The notes below the pieces were generated by a model, which saw only the letters and a program-made list of their open reading frames with translations, ran no database searches and was not told the DNA's origin. Of a DNA stretch of 64,000 bases, positions 51,612-63,403 are shown piece by piece. The stretch's first letter is position 1. Each line of letters opens with the position of its first letter. The translations under genes were made by a program, and so were the position numbers. The stretch is taken from the NCBI RefSeq assembly GCF_054482525.1, contig NZ_CM137006.1; one strand, written 5' to 3'.

Positions 51612-52523
51612 ATGCAAAAGTTTGATACCAGGACCTTCCAGGGCTTGATCCTGACCTTACAGGATTACTGGGCTCGCCAGGGCTGCACCATTGTTCAACC
51701 ATTGGACATGGAAGTCGGCGCGGGAACCTCTCACCCAATGACCTGTCTGCGCGCGCTGGGGCCAGAACCGATGGCGGCTGCTTATGTTCAGCCTTCTCGT
51801 CGCCCGACCGATGGTCGCTACGGCGAAAACCCCAACCGTTTACAGCACTACTATCAGTTCCAGGTGGTCATTAAGCCATCGCCGGACAATATTCAGGAGC
51901 TGTACCTCGGTTCTCTGAAAGAGCTGGGCATGGACCCGACCATCCACGACATCCGTTTCGTGGAAGATAACTGGGAAAACCCGACGCTGGGTGCCTGGGG
52001 ACTGGGCTGGGAAGTGTGGCTGAACGGCATGGAAGTGACGCAGTTCACTTACTTCCAGCAGGTTGGTGGTCTGGAGTGTAAACCGGTTACCGGCGAGATC
52101 ACCTACGGTCTGGAACGTCTGGCAATGTACATTCAGGGCGTAGACAGCGTTTACGACCTGGTCTGGAGCGACGGCCCGCTGGGTAAAACCACCTACGGCG
52201 ACGTGTTCCATCAGAACGAAGTGGAGCAGTCCACTTACAACTTCGAATACGCGGATGTGGACTTCCTGTTCACCTGCTTTGAGCAGTACGAGAAAGAAGC
52301 GCAGCAGCTGCTGGCGCTGGAAAATCCGCTGCCGCTGCCAGCCTACGAGCGTATTCTGAAAGCCGCCCACAGCTTCAACCTGCTGGATGCGCGTAAAGCC
52401 ATCTCCGTCACCGAGCGTCAGCGCTACATTCTGCGAATTCGCACCCTGACCAAAGCAGTGGCTGAAGCATACTACGCTTCCCGTGAAGCCCTCGGCTTCC
52501 CGATGTGCAACAAAGATAAGTAA
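51612..52523 (+). CDS. glyQ: Glycine--tRNA ligase alpha subunit
   Basis: 303-aa [28 protein letters not shown]..., highly conserved. Confidence 0.96.
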
Positions 52524-52532
52524 GAGGCGGCT

Positions 52533-54602
52533 ATGTCTGAGAAAACTTTTCTGGTGGAAATCGGCACTGAAGAGCTGCCACCAAAAGCACTGCGCAGCCT
52601 GGCTGAGTCCTTTGCTGCGAACTTTACTGCGGAGCTGGATAACGCTGGCCTCGCATACGGCACCGTTCAATGGTTTGCTGCTCCGCGTCGTCTGGCGCTG
52701 AAAGTAGCTAACCTGGCGGAAGCGCAACCGGATCGTGAAATCGAAAAACGCGGCCCGGCGATTGCTCAGGCGTTCGACGCTGAAGGCAAACCGAGCAAAG
52801 CGGCAGAAGGTTGGGCGCGTGGTTGCGGTATTACCGTAGACCAAGCTGAGCGTCTGACTACCGATAAAGGCGAATGGCTGCTGTATCGCGCCCACGTGAA
52901 GGGCGAAAGCACCGAAGCTCTGCTGCCGAATATGGTTGCGACTTCGCTGGCGAAACTGCCGATCCCGAAACTGATGCGTTGGGGTGCAAGCGACGTGCAC
53001 TTCGTGCGTCCGGTGCACACCGTGACTCTGTTGCTGGGCGACAAAGTTATTCCGGCTACCATTCTGGGCATTCAGTCCGATCGCGTAATTCGCGGCCATC
53101 GCTTTATGGGCGAGCCGGAATTCACTATCGACAATGCCGATCAGTATCCGGAAATTCTGCGTGAGCGCGGGAAAGTCATCGCCGATTACGAAGAACGTAA
53201 GGCGAAGATTAAAGCCGATGCCGAAGAAGCGGCGCGTAAGATTGGCGGTAACGCTGACTTAAGCGAAAGCCTGCTGGAAGAAGTGGCTTCGCTGGTGGAG
53301 TGGCCGGTCGTTCTGACCGCGAAATTTGAAGAGAAATTCCTCGCTGTGCCGTCTGAAGCGCTGGTTTACACCATGAAAGGTGACCAGAAGTACTTCCCGG
53401 TGTACGCGAACGACGGCAAACTGCTGCCGAACTTTATCTTCGTTGCCAACATCGAATCGAAAGATCCGCAGCAAATTATCTCTGGTAACGAGAAAGTCGT
53501 TCGTCCACGTCTGGCGGATGCCGAGTTCTTCTTCAACACCGACCGTAAAAAACGTCTGGAAGATAATCTGCCGCGTCTGCAAACCGTGCTGTTCCAGCAA
53601 CAGCTTGGCACACTGCGTGACAAAACTGACCGCATCCAGGCACTGGCTGGCTGGATTGCTGAACAGATTGGCGCTGACGTTAACCACGCAACCCGTGCGG
53701 GCCTGCTGTCCAAGTGCGATCTGATGACCAACATGGTCTTCGAGTTCACCGACACCCAGGGCGTTATGGGGATGCACTACGCGCGTCACGATGGCGAAGC
53801 GGAAGATGTTGCCGTGGCGCTGAACGAGCAGTATCAGCCGCGCTTTGCCGGTGATGACCTGCCGTCTAATCCGGTAGCCTGTGCGCTGGCGATTGCTGAC
53901 AAGATGGATACTCTGGCGGGTATCTTCGGTATCGGTCAGCATCCGAAAGGCGACAAAGACCCGTTTGCGTTGCGTCGTGCCGCACTTGGCGTGCTGCGTA
54001 TTATCGTTGAGAAGAACCTCAACCTTGATCTGCAAACGCTGACCGAAGAAGCGGTGCGTCTGTATGGCGATAAGCTGACTAATGCCAACGTGGTTGATGA
54101 TGTTATCGACTTTATGCTCGGTCGCTTCCGCGCCTGGTATCAGGACGAAGGTTACACCGTTGACACCATCCAGGCGGTACTGGCGCGTCGTCCGACTCGT
54201 CCGGCTGATTTCGATGCCCGAATGAAAGCGGTATCGCACTTCCGTACCCTGGATGCAGCTGCAGCACTGGCGGCGGCGAACAAGCGTGTATCTAACATTC
54301 TGGCGAAATCTGACGAAGTGCTGAGCGACCGCGTGAATGCCTCTACTCTGAAAGAGCCGGAAGAAATTAAACTGGCGATGCAGGTTGTGGTGCTACGTGA
54401 CAAGCTAGAGCCGTACTTTGCTGAAGGTCGTTACCAGGATGCGCTGGTCGAACTGGCTGAGCTGCGTGAACCGGTTGATGCCTTCTTCGATAAAGTGATG
54501 GTCATGGTTGATGACAAAGAATTGCGTATCAACCGTTTGACCATGCTGGAGAAACTGCGCGAATTATTCCTGCGCGTTGCGGATATTTCGCTGTTACAGT
54601 AA
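52533..54602 (+). CDS. glyS: Glycine--tRNA ligase beta subunit
   Basis: 689-aa ORF 9 bp after glyQ; [20 protein letters not shown]... Confidence 0.96.
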   Translation: MSEKTFLVEIGTEELPPKALRSLAESFAANFTAELDNAGLAYGTVQWFAAPRRLALKVANLAEAQPDREIEKRGPAIAQAFDAEGKPSKAAEGWARGCGITVDQAERLTTDKGEWLLYRAHVKGESTEALLPNMVATSLAKLPIPKLMRWGASDVHFVRPVHTVTLLLGDKVIPATILGIQSDRVIRGHRFMGEPEFTIDNADQYPEILRERGKVIADYEERKAKIKADAEEAARKIGGNADLSESLLEEVASLVEWPVVLTAKFEEKFLAVPSEALVYTMKGDQKYFPVYANDGKLLPNFIFVANIESKDPQQIISGNEKVVRPRLADAEFFFNTDRKKRLEDNLPRLQTVLFQQQLGTLRDKTDRIQALAGWIAEQIGADVNHATRAGLLSKCDLMTNMVFEFTDTQGVMGMHYARHDGEAEDVAVALNEQYQPRFAGDDLPSNPVACALAIADKMDTLAGIFGIGQHPKGDKDPFALRRAALGVLRIIVEKNLNLDLQTLTEEAVRLYGDKLTNANVVDDVIDFMLGRFRAWYQDEGYTVDTIQAVLARRPTRPADFDARMKAVSHFRTLDAAAALAAANKRVSNILAKSDEVLSDRVNASTLKEPEEIKLAMQVVVLRDKLEPYFAEGRYQDALVELAELREPVDAFFDKVMVMVDDKELRINRLTMLEKLRELFLRVADISLLQ

Positions 54603-54616
54603 TAACGCCGTTATTA

Positions 54617-54647
54617 AAAAGCCTGCCATCTGGCAGGCTTTTTTTAT
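54617..54647 (+). terminator. Rho-independent terminator after glyS
   Basis: Stem agcctgcca / tggcaggct with 2-nt loop followed by ttttttt. Confidence 0.75.
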
Positions 54648-54864
54648 CGCTAAATAATACAGCAACCTTTAATAATCTTCTGATGAATAAAGATTATCTC
54701 ATATATTAATTTTATGAGATTTTTTTAGGATTATATCAAGGAGAAGAAACGAACTTATTAAGCTAGAATAGCCACGGGTGCTTGAGACTGTTTGTCTCAG
54801 GTATTCACCGAAAGGCAGACAGAGAAAAGCCCCACCTGACTATAAATCAAAGTGAGGCCCCTCT

Positions 54865-55077
54865 ATGCATAGACACCATAAGGTTAGCCTCTTACTCGTT
54901 GGAAATCAACATAGGGGGCTGGGAATGCCGCAGAAATATAGATTACTTTCTTTAATAGTGATTTGTTTCACGCTTTTATTTTTCACCTGGATGATAAGAG
55001 ATTCACTGTGTGAATTGCATATTAAACAGGAGAGTTATGAGCTGGCGGCGTTTTTAGCCTGCAAATTGAAAGAGTAA
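54865..55077 (+). CDS. mokA: Mok-type reading frame overlapping hokA (same frame, upstream start)
   Basis: ATG at 54865 preceded by GTGAGG; 70-codon frame ending at the hokA stop, as recalled for mok/hok pairs. Confidence 0.45.
   Translation: MHRHHKVSLLLVGNQHRGLGMPQKYRLLSLIVICFTLLFFTWMIRDSLCELHIKQESYELAAFLACKLKE
54925..55077 (+). CDS. hokA: Hok-family type I toxin (small membrane peptide)
   Basis: Translation MPQKYRLLSLIVICFTLLFFTWMIRDSLCELHIKQESYELAAFLACKLKE, the Hok/Gef family signature. Confidence 0.8.
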   Translation: MPQKYRLLSLIVICFTLLFFTWMIRDSLCELHIKQESYELAAFLACKLKE

Positions 55078-55200
55078 GCGTCTTCGGCGGGAAATTATTC
55101 CCGCCTTTCTTACGGTGTTGCGCATTCTCATTGCACCCAAATTTATTCTTCACAAAAATAACACTAGATTCTATTACGCGATCGATTATTTATTTCCTGA

Positions 55201-55236
55201 AAAAAAATAAAAAAATCCCCGCCAAATGGCAGGGAT
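55201..55236 (-). terminator. Rho-independent terminator after cspA
   Basis: On minus strand: stem tccctgcc / ggcgggga (one mismatch) followed by a long T-run (complement of aaaaaaataaaaaaa). Confidence 0.65.
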
Positions 55237-55263
55237 CTTAGATTCTGTGCTTTTAAGCAGAGA

Positions 55264-55476
55264 TTACAGGCTGGTTACGTTACCAGCTGCCGGGCCTTTA
55301 GCGCCGCTTTCGATGGTGAAGGACACTTTCTGACCTTCGTCCAGAGATTTGTAACCATCGTTCTGGATAGCAGAGAAGTGTACGAACACGTCTTTAGAGC
55401 CATCGTCAGGAGTGATGAAGCCGAAGCCTTTGTCAGCGTTGAACCATTTTACGATACCAGTCATTTTACCGGACAT
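55264..55476 (-). CDS. cspA: Major cold-shock protein
   Basis: 70-aa [41 protein letters not shown]..., exact CspA sequence as recalled; its long 5' UTR lies upstream at about 55477..55640. Confidence 0.96.
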
Positions 55477-55756
55477 AGTGTATTACCTTTAATAATTAAG
55501 TGTGCCTTTCGGCGATATGGCGTGCTTTACAGATTTTGAAGCGTTAAAGGAATGTGCACTACGAGGGGTATCAACGATAACTCTTGAAGGGACTTGCCTT
55601 ACTACACTGCTTTAATGGTCTGTACGTCAAACCGTTGATGTGCATTAAGCCACGCATTGGCGGGTGATGCAACAATTATTTTTCATATTTATGATTAATC
55701 GGTTGGAAAACGGTCCTGTCATCAGGACCGTAAACAGCAATAAAGTGGATAAAAGT

Positions 55757-56047
55757 CTATTCCATCAACTGCTTACTTAATGCCGGGTTGGCTTGAATCA
55801 AACGCATCAATTTTAGTTCGGCACTTGAAGGCTTCACGCGTCTGGATTCCCATTCCTTTACCATGGCGACTGATACGCCCAAAACCCGGGCGAAATCATC
55901 GATTTTTAATCCTGTCCCTTTTCGTAACTGCTCAATTTCGGTACAGGATGTTGTTCTGTGCGTCAGGGTAATTTTCTGCGTTTCATCTTTAAAAACAATC
56001 TGTTCCAGGCTGCTCAACAGCTCATGCATTGGATCTTTATATTCCAT
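55757..56047 (-). CDS. yiaG: HTH-type (XRE-like) transcriptional regulator
   Basis: 96-aa ORF with HTH segment (LRKGTGLKIDDFARVLGVSVAMVKEWES). Confidence 0.88.
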   Translation of the reverse strand: MEYKDPMHELLSSLEQIVFKDETQKITLTHRTTSCTEIEQLRKGTGLKIDDFARVLGVSVAMVKEWESRRVKPSSAELKLMRLIQANPALSKQLME

Positions 56048-56480
56048 TGAAAACTCCTCAAATCACACTGCGGGATCGTGAATTGCATCGAAGCTCATTA
56101 AGAATAGTCGGGAAAAACAGACACAGCGGGGTGTAGTCAGGGCATGCTCTGGCTATGATTCGATTCAGCCAGTCATTTAGCGTGACTTATAGCCACCTAA
56201 CGATCTGATAAATGCCGATATATCTCTTACCACTCCCGGTTTGTAAAGATTTCGAAAATCTAACGTTCTGAGAAGGCGTAAATCTCTGGCTACAAAAAAA
56301 GCAACGGCACTATCATTTTTTAACAATGAAACAACAAATTAACCTTGTTTCATTTTCTCCATGATTTTACCAGGAAGATTACGTAGAAAGGGTATCCTGC
56401 AAGCCTGTCCTGGACTATCCTTGTCACGTCAGACACGCGTGTGTCGTTGTGCGCTTTTTTTGGGTGAAAGGAGTAAGAAA

Positions 56481-57191
56481 ATGGCGACAGGAAAGTCCTG
56501 CTCTCGCTGGTTTGCGCCTCTTGCGGCGTTATTAATGGTAGTTAGCCTGAGTGGGTGTTTTGATAAAGAAGGCGATCAGCGTAAAGCGTTTATCGACTTC
56601 CTGCAGAATACAGTGATGCGTAGCGGTGAACGTCTACCAACCCTGACTGCCGATCAGAAAAAACAGTTTGGTCCTTTTGTCTCTGATTACGCGATTCTGT
56701 ATGGTTATTCTCAGCAGGTGAATCAGGCGATGGATTCCGGTCTGCGCCCGGTCGTAGACAGCGTTAACGCAATTCGCGTACCGCAGGATTACGTTACGCA
56801 AAGCGGCCCACTGCGTGAAATGAACGGTTCTCTGGGTGTACTGGCGCAACAGCTGCAAAATGCGAAGTTGCAGGCCGATGCTGCGCACTCTGCGCTAAAA
56901 CAGAGCGATGACCTGAAACCAGTCTTCGATCAGGCATTCACCAAAGTGGTAACGACGCCAGCTGATGCGTTGCAACCGTTGATTCCGGCGGCACAAACTT
57001 TCACGCAACAACTGGTGATGGTTGGAGACTACATTGCTCAGCAAGGTACTCAGGTGAGCTTTGTAGCAAATGGCATCCAGTTCCCGACGTCACAGCAGGC
57101 AAGTGAATATAACAAACTGATTGCGCCATTACCGGCACAGCATCAGGCGTTTAATCAGGCCTGGACTACAGCAGTTACTGCAACCCAATAA
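56481..57191 (+). CDS. yiaF: DUF3053 lipoprotein
   Basis: Translation from ATG at 56481 (MATGKSCSRWFAPLAALLMVVSLSGCFDK...) gives 236 aa with lipoprotein signal; ORF track adds 40 codons. Confidence 0.88.
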   Translation: MATGKSCSRWFAPLAALLMVVSLSGCFDKEGDQRKAFIDFLQNTVMRSGERLPTLTADQKKQFGPFVSDYAILYGYSQQVNQAMDSGLRPVVDSVNAIRVPQDYVTQSGPLREMNGSLGVLAQQLQNAKLQADAAHSALKQSDDLKPVFDQAFTKVVTTPADALQPLIPAAQTFTQQLVMVGDYIAQQGTQVSFVANGIQFPTSQQASEYNKLIAPLPAQHQAFNQAWTTAVTATQ

Positions 57192-57197
57192 AGAATA

Positions 57198-57222
57198 AAA
57201 GCCCGGGCGATTATCGGGCTTT
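57198..57222. terminator. Hairpin between convergent yiaF and ghrB (likely ghrB terminator)
   Basis: Stem aaagcccg / cgggcttt with 9-nt loop; T-run is on the minus-strand side. Confidence 0.5.
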
Positions 57223-57240
57223 ACTCCACGCAGTCGCGGC

Positions 57241-58215
57241 TTAGTCCGCGACGTGCGGATTCACACAGTTCTTCTCAACCTTTCCTTGTAACGCATCAAT
57301 CAAATTATCCACGGCACAGGCGGCCATGCCATAACGCGTCTCATGGGTGGCAGATCCAATATGCGGTACTGCGACGACGTTGGCCATTGAGAGCAACGGC
57401 GAATCTACGGATAGTGGCTCTTGTTCGAAGACATCCAGCCCGGCAGCGTGAATTTCCCCTTTCTGCAATGCAGCAATCAGTGCATTTTCATCAACCACCG
57501 GGCCACGTCCGGCATTAATGAAAATGGCGGAGGATTTCATTTTGGCGAATTGTTCTGCGCCAAACAGATGATGCGTTTCATCAGTTAACGGCAGGATCAG
57601 GCAAACGAAATCTGACTCTTGTAACAGTGTATCCAAATCGCAGTAGCGGGCGTTGAAGCGTTCTTCTGCTTCTTTATGGTGGCGGCGCGCGTTATAGAGG
57701 ATGGGCATGTTGAAGCCAAAGTGCGCACGTTGTGCCAGCGCCATGCCGATCCGTCCCATCCCGACAATGCCCAGTGTTTTATGGTGAACGTCAGTGCCAT
57801 ACCAGTCCGGGCCTATGCTCGCGGTCCATTCGCCTGCTTTTACTCGTTCTGCTACCTCCACAACCCGACGAGCGGTAGACAACACCAGCGCCATCAGCGT
57901 ATCGGCGACGGTTTCTGTTAATACGGTTGGCGTGTGCATCAGCAGAATTTTTCGGGCGGTAAGCGCATCGACATCAAAATTGTCATAGCCTACGGAGATC
58001 GTTGATGTGGCACGCAGTTTCGGCATTTTTTCCAGCAATGCGGCATCAACATTCTCGTTTGAACCCAGTAAACCTTCAGCTTCGGCAAAAATTGCTGCAT
58101 TTTGTTCGACGGTTTGTGGGCTGAGGTTTGCCACCTGGTGAACGGTGAAATGCTCTTGCAGGCGTTGCAGTAAATCATCAGGTAAGGCTTTGTAGAGGAT
58201 AACGGACGGCTTCAT
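57241..58215 (-). CDS. ghrB: Glyoxylate/hydroxypyruvate reductase B
   Basis: Translation from ATG at 58215 ([23 protein letters not shown]...) gives 324 aa; D-2-hydroxyacid dehydrogenase NAD-binding motif GIVGMGRIG. Confidence 0.93.
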   Translation of the reverse strand: MKPSVILYKALPDDLLQRLQEHFTVHQVANLSPQTVEQNAAIFAEAEGLLGSNENVDAALLEKMPKLRATSTISVGYDNFDVDALTARKILLMHTPTVLTETVADTLMALVLSTARRVVEVAERVKAGEWTASIGPDWYGTDVHHKTLGIVGMGRIGMALAQRAHFGFNMPILYNARRHHKEAEERFNARYCDLDTLLQESDFVCLILPLTDETHHLFGAEQFAKMKSSAIFINAGRGPVVDENALIAALQKGEIHAAGLDVFEQEPLSVDSPLLSMANVVAVPHIGSATHETRYGMAACAVDNLIDALQGKVEKNCVNPHVAD

Positions 58216-58280
58216 TCTTCTCTCCATTCACTGATAAGGCGATCACCTTAGCCTGAAATATGATGAAGGAAAACTGAAGA

Positions 58281-58310
58281 ATGCCAGGTGATTTTTGCAT
58301 CACCTGGCAT
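58281..58310 (-). terminator. Hairpin after yiaD
   Basis: Perfect 12-bp stem atgccaggtgat / atcacctggcat with 6-nt loop immediately downstream of yiaD stop. Confidence 0.55.
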
Positions 58311-58318
58311 GAAAGGGA

Positions 58319-58978
58319 TTACAGCGGGCTTAAGGTAATTTCTACACGGCGGTTTTGCGCCTTACCTTCTGCGGTGCTGTTGCTGGCGATTGGGTTAGCC
58401 GGGCCAAGGCCCTGAGTACGGATGCGGCTGGCGTCCACGCCCTGGGTGATCAACGCGCTGGCAACGGAATCCGCACGCTGCTGGGAGAGACGCATGTTCA
58501 GGTCGTGACCACCCGTGCTGTCGGTATAACCAATCACGTTAACCGCCGTTTTCGGATACTCTTTCAGCACCATTGCCACGCCGGTTAGGGTGTTAGCGCC
58601 TGCCGGTTTCAGGGTCGCGCTGCTGCTGTCGAAGGTCACATTGTTCGGCATATTGAGGATAATGTTATCCCCGCTGCGGGTTACGCTAACACCAGTGCCA
58701 CGCATTTTGTCACGCAGCTTCGCTTCCTGCACATCCATGTAATAACCAACGCCGCCGCCCAGAGCTGCACCCGCTGCTGCGCCAATCAGCGCGCCTTTAC
58801 CGCGATCTTTCTTCGAAGAAGAGAGCGCACCAATACCCGCGCCAACGAGAGAGCCCAGACCTGCGCCGATAGCAGATTTACCTGCTTCGCGTTCGCCGGT
58901 GTAAGGGTTAGTTGTGCAGCCAGATACCGCCAGAGCGCCACTCACTACGGCGGCAATAAGATAAACACGTTTCTTCAT
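58319..58978 (-). CDS. yiaD: OmpA-family outer-membrane lipoprotein
   Basis: 219-aa ORF with lipoprotein signal (ALAVSGCTT), Gly-rich segment and C-terminal OmpA-like peptidoglycan-binding domain. Confidence 0.92.
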   Translation of the reverse strand: MKKRVYLIAAVVSGALAVSGCTTNPYTGEREAGKSAIGAGLGSLVGAGIGALSSSKKDRGKGALIGAAAGAALGGGVGYYMDVQEAKLRDKMRGTGVSVTRSGDNIILNMPNNVTFDSSSATLKPAGANTLTGVAMVLKEYPKTAVNVIGYTDSTGGHDLNMRLSQQRADSVASALITQGVDASRIRTQGLGPANPIASNSTAEGKAQNRRVEITLSPL

Positions 58979-59130
58979 TGTTAATCCTTAATAACCTTTT
59001 TATTCTTTGCCACGGGTTCCGTGGCGGGAGATTATGCCGCGTGAACATGAAGATTATTCCTGGGAATACTCGGAAATTTGTAAGTAATATTTAACTGCTC
59101 AATACATCTAACCTTTCAGGAGCCTTCGGT

Positions 59131-61464
59131 TTGGCCAACTCATCCTCACGATATTCCGTTCTGACTGCCGCCCACTGGGGGCCCATGCTGGTTGAAACCG
59201 ACGGCGAAACCGTGCTTAGCTCGCGTGGCGCGTTAGCCACAGGAATGGAAAACTCCTTGCAGAGTGCGGTTCGCGACCAGGTTCACAGCAATACGCGGGT
59301 ACGATTTCCAATGGTGCGCAAAGGCTTTCTTGCGTCACCGGAAAACCCGCAAGGCATTCGCGGGCAGGATGAATTTGTTCGTGTGAGTTGGGATGAGGCG
59401 CTGGAGCTTATTCACCAACAACATAAACGTATTCGTGAGGCTTATGGTCCGGCATCGATTTTTGCTGGTTCCTACGGCTGGCGTTCAAACGGCGTGCTGC
59501 ATAAGGCCTCGACATTATTACAACGCTATATGGCGCTTGCAGGCGGTTATACCGGGCATCTGGGGGATTATTCGACCGGTGCAGCACAGGCGATCATGCC
59601 GTATGTCGTGGGGGGCAGCGAAGTTTATCAACAGCAAACCAGTTGGCCGTTGGTGCTGGAACATAGCGATGTCGTGGTGCTGTGGAGTGCTAACCCACTC
59701 AATACGCTGAAAATTGCGTGGAATGCATCCGATGAGCAGGGGCTTTCTTACTATTCTGCACTGCGTGACAGTGGGAAAAAGCTGATCTGTATTGATCCAA
59801 TGCGATCGGAAACCGTCGATTTCTTTGGCAATAAAATGGAGTGGGTGGCACCGCACATGGGCACCGATGTTGCGCTGATGTTGGGGATCGCCCATACGCT
59901 GGTGGAAAATGGCTGGCACGACGAAGCGTTTCTGGCACGTTGCACCACAGGTTATGCCGTCTTCGCCTCTTATTTGCTGGGCGAGAGCGACGGAATAGCG
60001 AAAACCGCCGAATGGGCGGCAGAGATTTGTGGGGTTAACGCAGAGAAAATCCGCGAACTGGCGGCTATTTTCCACCAAAACACCACCATGCTGATGGCTG
60101 GCTGGGGAATGCAGCGCCAACAGTTTGGTGAACAAAAACACTGGATGATCGTCACGTTGGCGGCAATGTTGGGGCAAATCGGCACACCCGGCGGCGGTTT
60201 TGGTCTTTCTTACCATTTTGCCAATGGTGGTAACCCCACGCGCCGCGCTGCGGTGCTCTCTTCCATGCAGGGCAGCTTGCCGGGTGGCTGCGATGCGGTA
60301 GATAAAATCCCTGTTGCCCGCATTGTTGAAGCACTGGAAAACCCTGGTGGCGCATATCAACATAACGGTATGGACCGACATTTCCCGGATATTCGTTTTA
60401 TCTGGTGGGCGGGCGGTGCCAACTTTACTCATCATCAGGATACCAATCGCCTGATCCGTGCCTGGCAAAAACCTGAACTGGTGGTTATCTCTGAATGTTT
60501 CTGGACGGCGGCGGCGAAACACGCGGATATCGTTCTGCCTGCGACCACCTCGTTTGAGCGTAATGATCTCACCATGACCGGCGATTACAGTAATCAGCAT
60601 CTGGTGCCGATGAAGCAAGTGGTGCCTCCATGTTATGAAGCGCGTAATGATTTTGATGTCTTTGCCGAGTTGAGTGAACGTTGGGAGAAGGGCGGCTATG
60701 CGCGGTTTACGGAAGGAAAAAGTGAGCTGCAATGGCTGGAAACGTTTTATAACGTTGCCCGGCAGCGCGGGGCAAGCCAGCAGGTTGAATTGCCGCCATT
60801 TGCTGAGTTCTGGGAAGCCAACCAGTTAATTGAGATGCCGGAAAACCCGGACAGCGAGCGGTTTATTCGCTTCGCCGATTTTCGCCGCGATCCGCAGGCG
60901 CATCCATTAAAAACTGCCAGTGGTAAGATTGAAATCTTCTCGCAGCGTATTGCTGATTACGCTTATCCGGATTGCCCTGGGCATCCAATATGGCTGGAGC
61001 CGGACGAATGGCTGGGCAATGCCGAACCGGAACAGTTGCAGGTACTTTCTGCTCATCCGGCACATCGTCTGCACAGCCAGCTGAATTACAGTTCTCTGCG
61101 CGAATTGTACGCGGTGGCAAACCGTGAGCCTGTCACCATTCATCCTGACGATGCTCAGGCGCGCGGCATACAAGATGGCGATACTGTTCGGCTGTGGAAC
61201 GCACGCGGGCAAATTCTTGCCGGAGCGGTCATTAGCGAGGGAATTAAACCTGGCGTGATTTGCATTCACGAAGGCGCATGGCCGGATCTGGATTTAACCG
61301 CTGACGGTATTTGTAAAAACGGCGCGGTGAATGTATTGACTAAAGACCTCCCCAGCTCGCGGCTGGGGAATGGTTGTGCAGGCAACACGGCTTTGGCATG
61401 GCTGGAAAAATACAACGGTCCGGAACTGACACTTACAGCGTTTGAACCACCGGCCAGCTCATAA
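59131..61464 (+). CDS. bisC: Biotin sulfoxide reductase (molybdopterin oxidoreductase)
   Basis: 777-aa frame, [25 protein letters not shown]...; first codon at 59131 is TTG; molybdopterin-binding family sequence throughout. Confidence 0.9.
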   Translation: MANSSSRYSVLTAAHWGPMLVETDGETVLSSRGALATGMENSLQSAVRDQVHSNTRVRFPMVRKGFLASPENPQGIRGQDEFVRVSWDEALELIHQQHKRIREAYGPASIFAGSYGWRSNGVLHKASTLLQRYMALAGGYTGHLGDYSTGAAQAIMPYVVGGSEVYQQQTSWPLVLEHSDVVVLWSANPLNTLKIAWNASDEQGLSYYSALRDSGKKLICIDPMRSETVDFFGNKMEWVAPHMGTDVALMLGIAHTLVENGWHDEAFLARCTTGYAVFASYLLGESDGIAKTAEWAAEICGVNAEKIRELAAIFHQNTTMLMAGWGMQRQQFGEQKHWMIVTLAAMLGQIGTPGGGFGLSYHFANGGNPTRRAAVLSSMQGSLPGGCDAVDKIPVARIVEALENPGGAYQHNGMDRHFPDIRFIWWAGGANFTHHQDTNRLIRAWQKPELVVISECFWTAAAKHADIVLPATTSFERNDLTMTGDYSNQHLVPMKQVVPPCYEARNDFDVFAELSERWEKGGYARFTEGKSELQWLETFYNVARQRGASQQVELPPFAEFWEANQLIEMPENPDSERFIRFADFRRDPQAHPLKTASGKIEIFSQRIADYAYPDCPGHPIWLEPDEWLGNAEPEQLQVLSAHPAHRLHSQLNYSSLRELYAVANREPVTIHPDDAQARGIQDGDTVRLWNARGQILAGAVISEGIKPGVICIHEGAWPDLDLTADGICKNGAVNVLTKDLPSSRLGNGCAGNTALAWLEKYNGPELTLTAFEPPASS

Positions 61465-61873
61465 TCCAGGTGGGTAGTTGGGTTTCATCCTGCCATGCGC
61501 AGTCGACAATGTGAAAACCCTGCGCATGGTAAAAATCTATCGCCGGTTGATTTTTTTGATAAACCTCCAGCATCAGATGGGGATGGCGCTGCTGCACATA
61601 CTGCATCAGCGCCTTACCAATACCGCGTCTGACGGCCTTCGGTGCGACAAACATTGCAGCCAGAAATCGGCCTTCCATAATGCTGACAAAACCGAGAAGC
61701 TTACCGTCTTCTTCCCAGACCCAGTTTTGCGCGTTGGCAAGATAGGCATCCCGCACCAGCGGAATGCAATCACGCCAGTAATTCGCTTTTATAAAGGGAT
61801 GCCCCCAGGTTGTACTTTCCAGCCACAGTTCGAGGATCGCGGGGAGTTCTGAACGTTGCGCTTCCCGAATCAT
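61433..61873 (-). CDS. yiaC: GNAT-family N-acetyltransferase
   Basis: 146-aa ORF with GNAT motif ([12 protein letters not shown]); 3' end overlaps the bisC 3' end by 32 bp (convergent). Confidence 0.9.
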   Translation of the reverse strand: MIREAQRSELPAILELWLESTTWGHPFIKANYWRDCIPLVRDAYLANAQNWVWEEDGKLLGFVSIMEGRFLAAMFVAPKAVRRGIGKALMQYVQQRHPHLMLEVYQKNQPAIDFYHAQGFHIVDCAWQDETQLPTWIMSWPVVQTL

Positions 61874-62433
61874 GGTTTATTTCCCGGATAGCAACAGCAG
61901 CCAACCACATGATCATTTACCAGCCCACATGCCTGCATAAAGGAGTAACAGATTGTGGTACCGACAAACTTAAAACCACGCTTTTTCAGGGCTTTAGATA
62001 GAGCGTCGGAGGCGGGCGTAGATGTGGGGATTTCGCTCAATGTTGTGGCTTGTGTCACCTGTGGCTGATGATTTACGAACGACCAAACAAAGTCGGCAAA
62101 CGGTTCGCCGTTCCGTTCCATTTGCAGGTACGCCCGCGCATTACCAATAATTGCCTGAATTTTCCCGCGATGGCGGATAATCCCGGCGTCCTGTACCAGT
62201 CTTTCAACATCCTCTTCCTGCATTGCAGCCACCTTCACCGGATCGAACTGATGAAAGCTGGCGCGATAGTTTTCACGTTTTTTGAGGACGGTGATCCACG
62301 ATAATCCAGCCTGCTGCCCTTCAAGGCAGATCATTTCGAACAGTTTTTTACTGTCAGTTTCAGGCACGCCCCATTCATTATCATGGTAGGCAATATAAAG
62401 CGGGTCCTGACTCACCCAGCCGCAACGTTCCAT
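61870..62433 (-). CDS. tag: 3-methyladenine DNA glycosylase I
   Basis: Translation from ATG at 62433 (MERCGWVSQDPLYIAYHDNEWGVP...) gives 187 aa; ORF track extends 79 codons upstream. Confidence 0.93.
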   Translation of the reverse strand: MERCGWVSQDPLYIAYHDNEWGVPETDSKKLFEMICLEGQQAGLSWITVLKKRENYRASFHQFDPVKVAAMQEEDVERLVQDAGIIRHRGKIQAIIGNARAYLQMERNGEPFADFVWSFVNHQPQVTQATTLSEIPTSTPASDALSKALKKRGFKFVGTTICYSFMQACGLVNDHVVGCCCYPGNKP

Positions 62434-62590
62434 ACTTTCCCTCGCTATGTACCCGATCGTAAAAATTTCAGCCGCTTTTCTTGACGCATCGGTGAAAAAG
62501 TCAATATTTAATACAGGGCTACTATGCCCGATATCCTTCATACAATGACAATAATATTGCCGAATTCGGCTCTTCCCTGGAGTCGTGTTA

Positions 62591-63289
62591 ATGATCATAA
62601 AAAAAAGCGGTGGTCGCTGGCAGCTAAGCCTGCTGGTGAGCGTGGTAATCAGTGCCTTTTTTCTCAACACAGCTTACGCCTGGCAACAAGAATATATCGT
62701 TTATACGCAACCCGGACATTCCACAGAGCGTTACACCTGGGATAGCGATCATCAACCTGATTACAACGATATTTTGTCGCAACGTATTCAAAGTAGCCAA
62801 AGGGCGCTGGGACTGGAAGTCAATCTGGCAGAAGAAACCCCTGTGGATGTGACCAGCAGTATGAGTATGGGCTGGAATTTTCCTTTATATGAACAGGTTA
62901 CAACTGGCCCGGTCGCGGCATTACATTACGATGGCACAACCACCTCGATGTATAACGAGTTTGGCGACAGTACTACCACGCTGACCGATCCGTTATGGCA
63001 TGCCAGCGTGAGTACTTTAGGCTGGCGTGTTGACTCCCGGCTTGGCGATCTCCGACCCTGGGCGCAAATCAGCTATAACCAGCAATTTGGCGAGAATATC
63101 TGGAAGGCGCAATCAGGCCTGAGCCGGATGACGGCGACAAACCAGAACGGCAACTGGCTGGATGTCACCGTAGGCGCTGATATGTTGCTCAATCAAAATA
63201 TTGCCGCCTATGCGGCGCTATCTCAGGCAGAAAATACCACTAACAATAGCGACTATCTGTATACGATGGGGGTTAGCGCCAGATTTTAA
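62591..63289 (+). CDS. yhjY: Putative outer-membrane protein
   Basis: About 232-aa ORF with signal peptide (LLVSVVISAFFLNTAYA) and C-terminal Phe typical of beta-barrel proteins; position matches K-12 yhjY as recalled. Confidence 0.85.
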   Translation: MIIKKSGGRWQLSLLVSVVISAFFLNTAYAWQQEYIVYTQPGHSTERYTWDSDHQPDYNDILSQRIQSSQRALGLEVNLAEETPVDVTSSMSMGWNFPLYEQVTTGPVAALHYDGTTTSMYNEFGDSTTTLTDPLWHASVSTLGWRVDSRLGDLRPWAQISYNQQFGENIWKAQSGLSRMTATNQNGNWLDVTVGADMLLNQNIAAYAALSQAENTTNNSDYLYTMGVSARF

Positions 63290-63403
63290 CGTAACAGTCA
63301 CAATTGAAACCATTGAATAACAACGCTTGTGGTGATAGTGGGTGCTAACTCACCAAATAATAAATTTGGTGAATAATTGTCACGTCATTCATTCCTGAAC
63401 TAA

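Noticed and set aside
51840-53099. 419-aa minus-strand ORF
   Set aside because: Antisense to glyQ/glyS, whose plus-strand frames are highly conserved; no start context.
54800-54880. sokA antisense RNA as an annotated feature
   Set aside because: Expected from hok/sok biology, but I could not identify its promoter or ends by eye; mentioned in findings only.
59518-60732. 404-aa minus-strand ORF
   Set aside because: Antisense to bisC; chance frame in GC-rich coding sequence.
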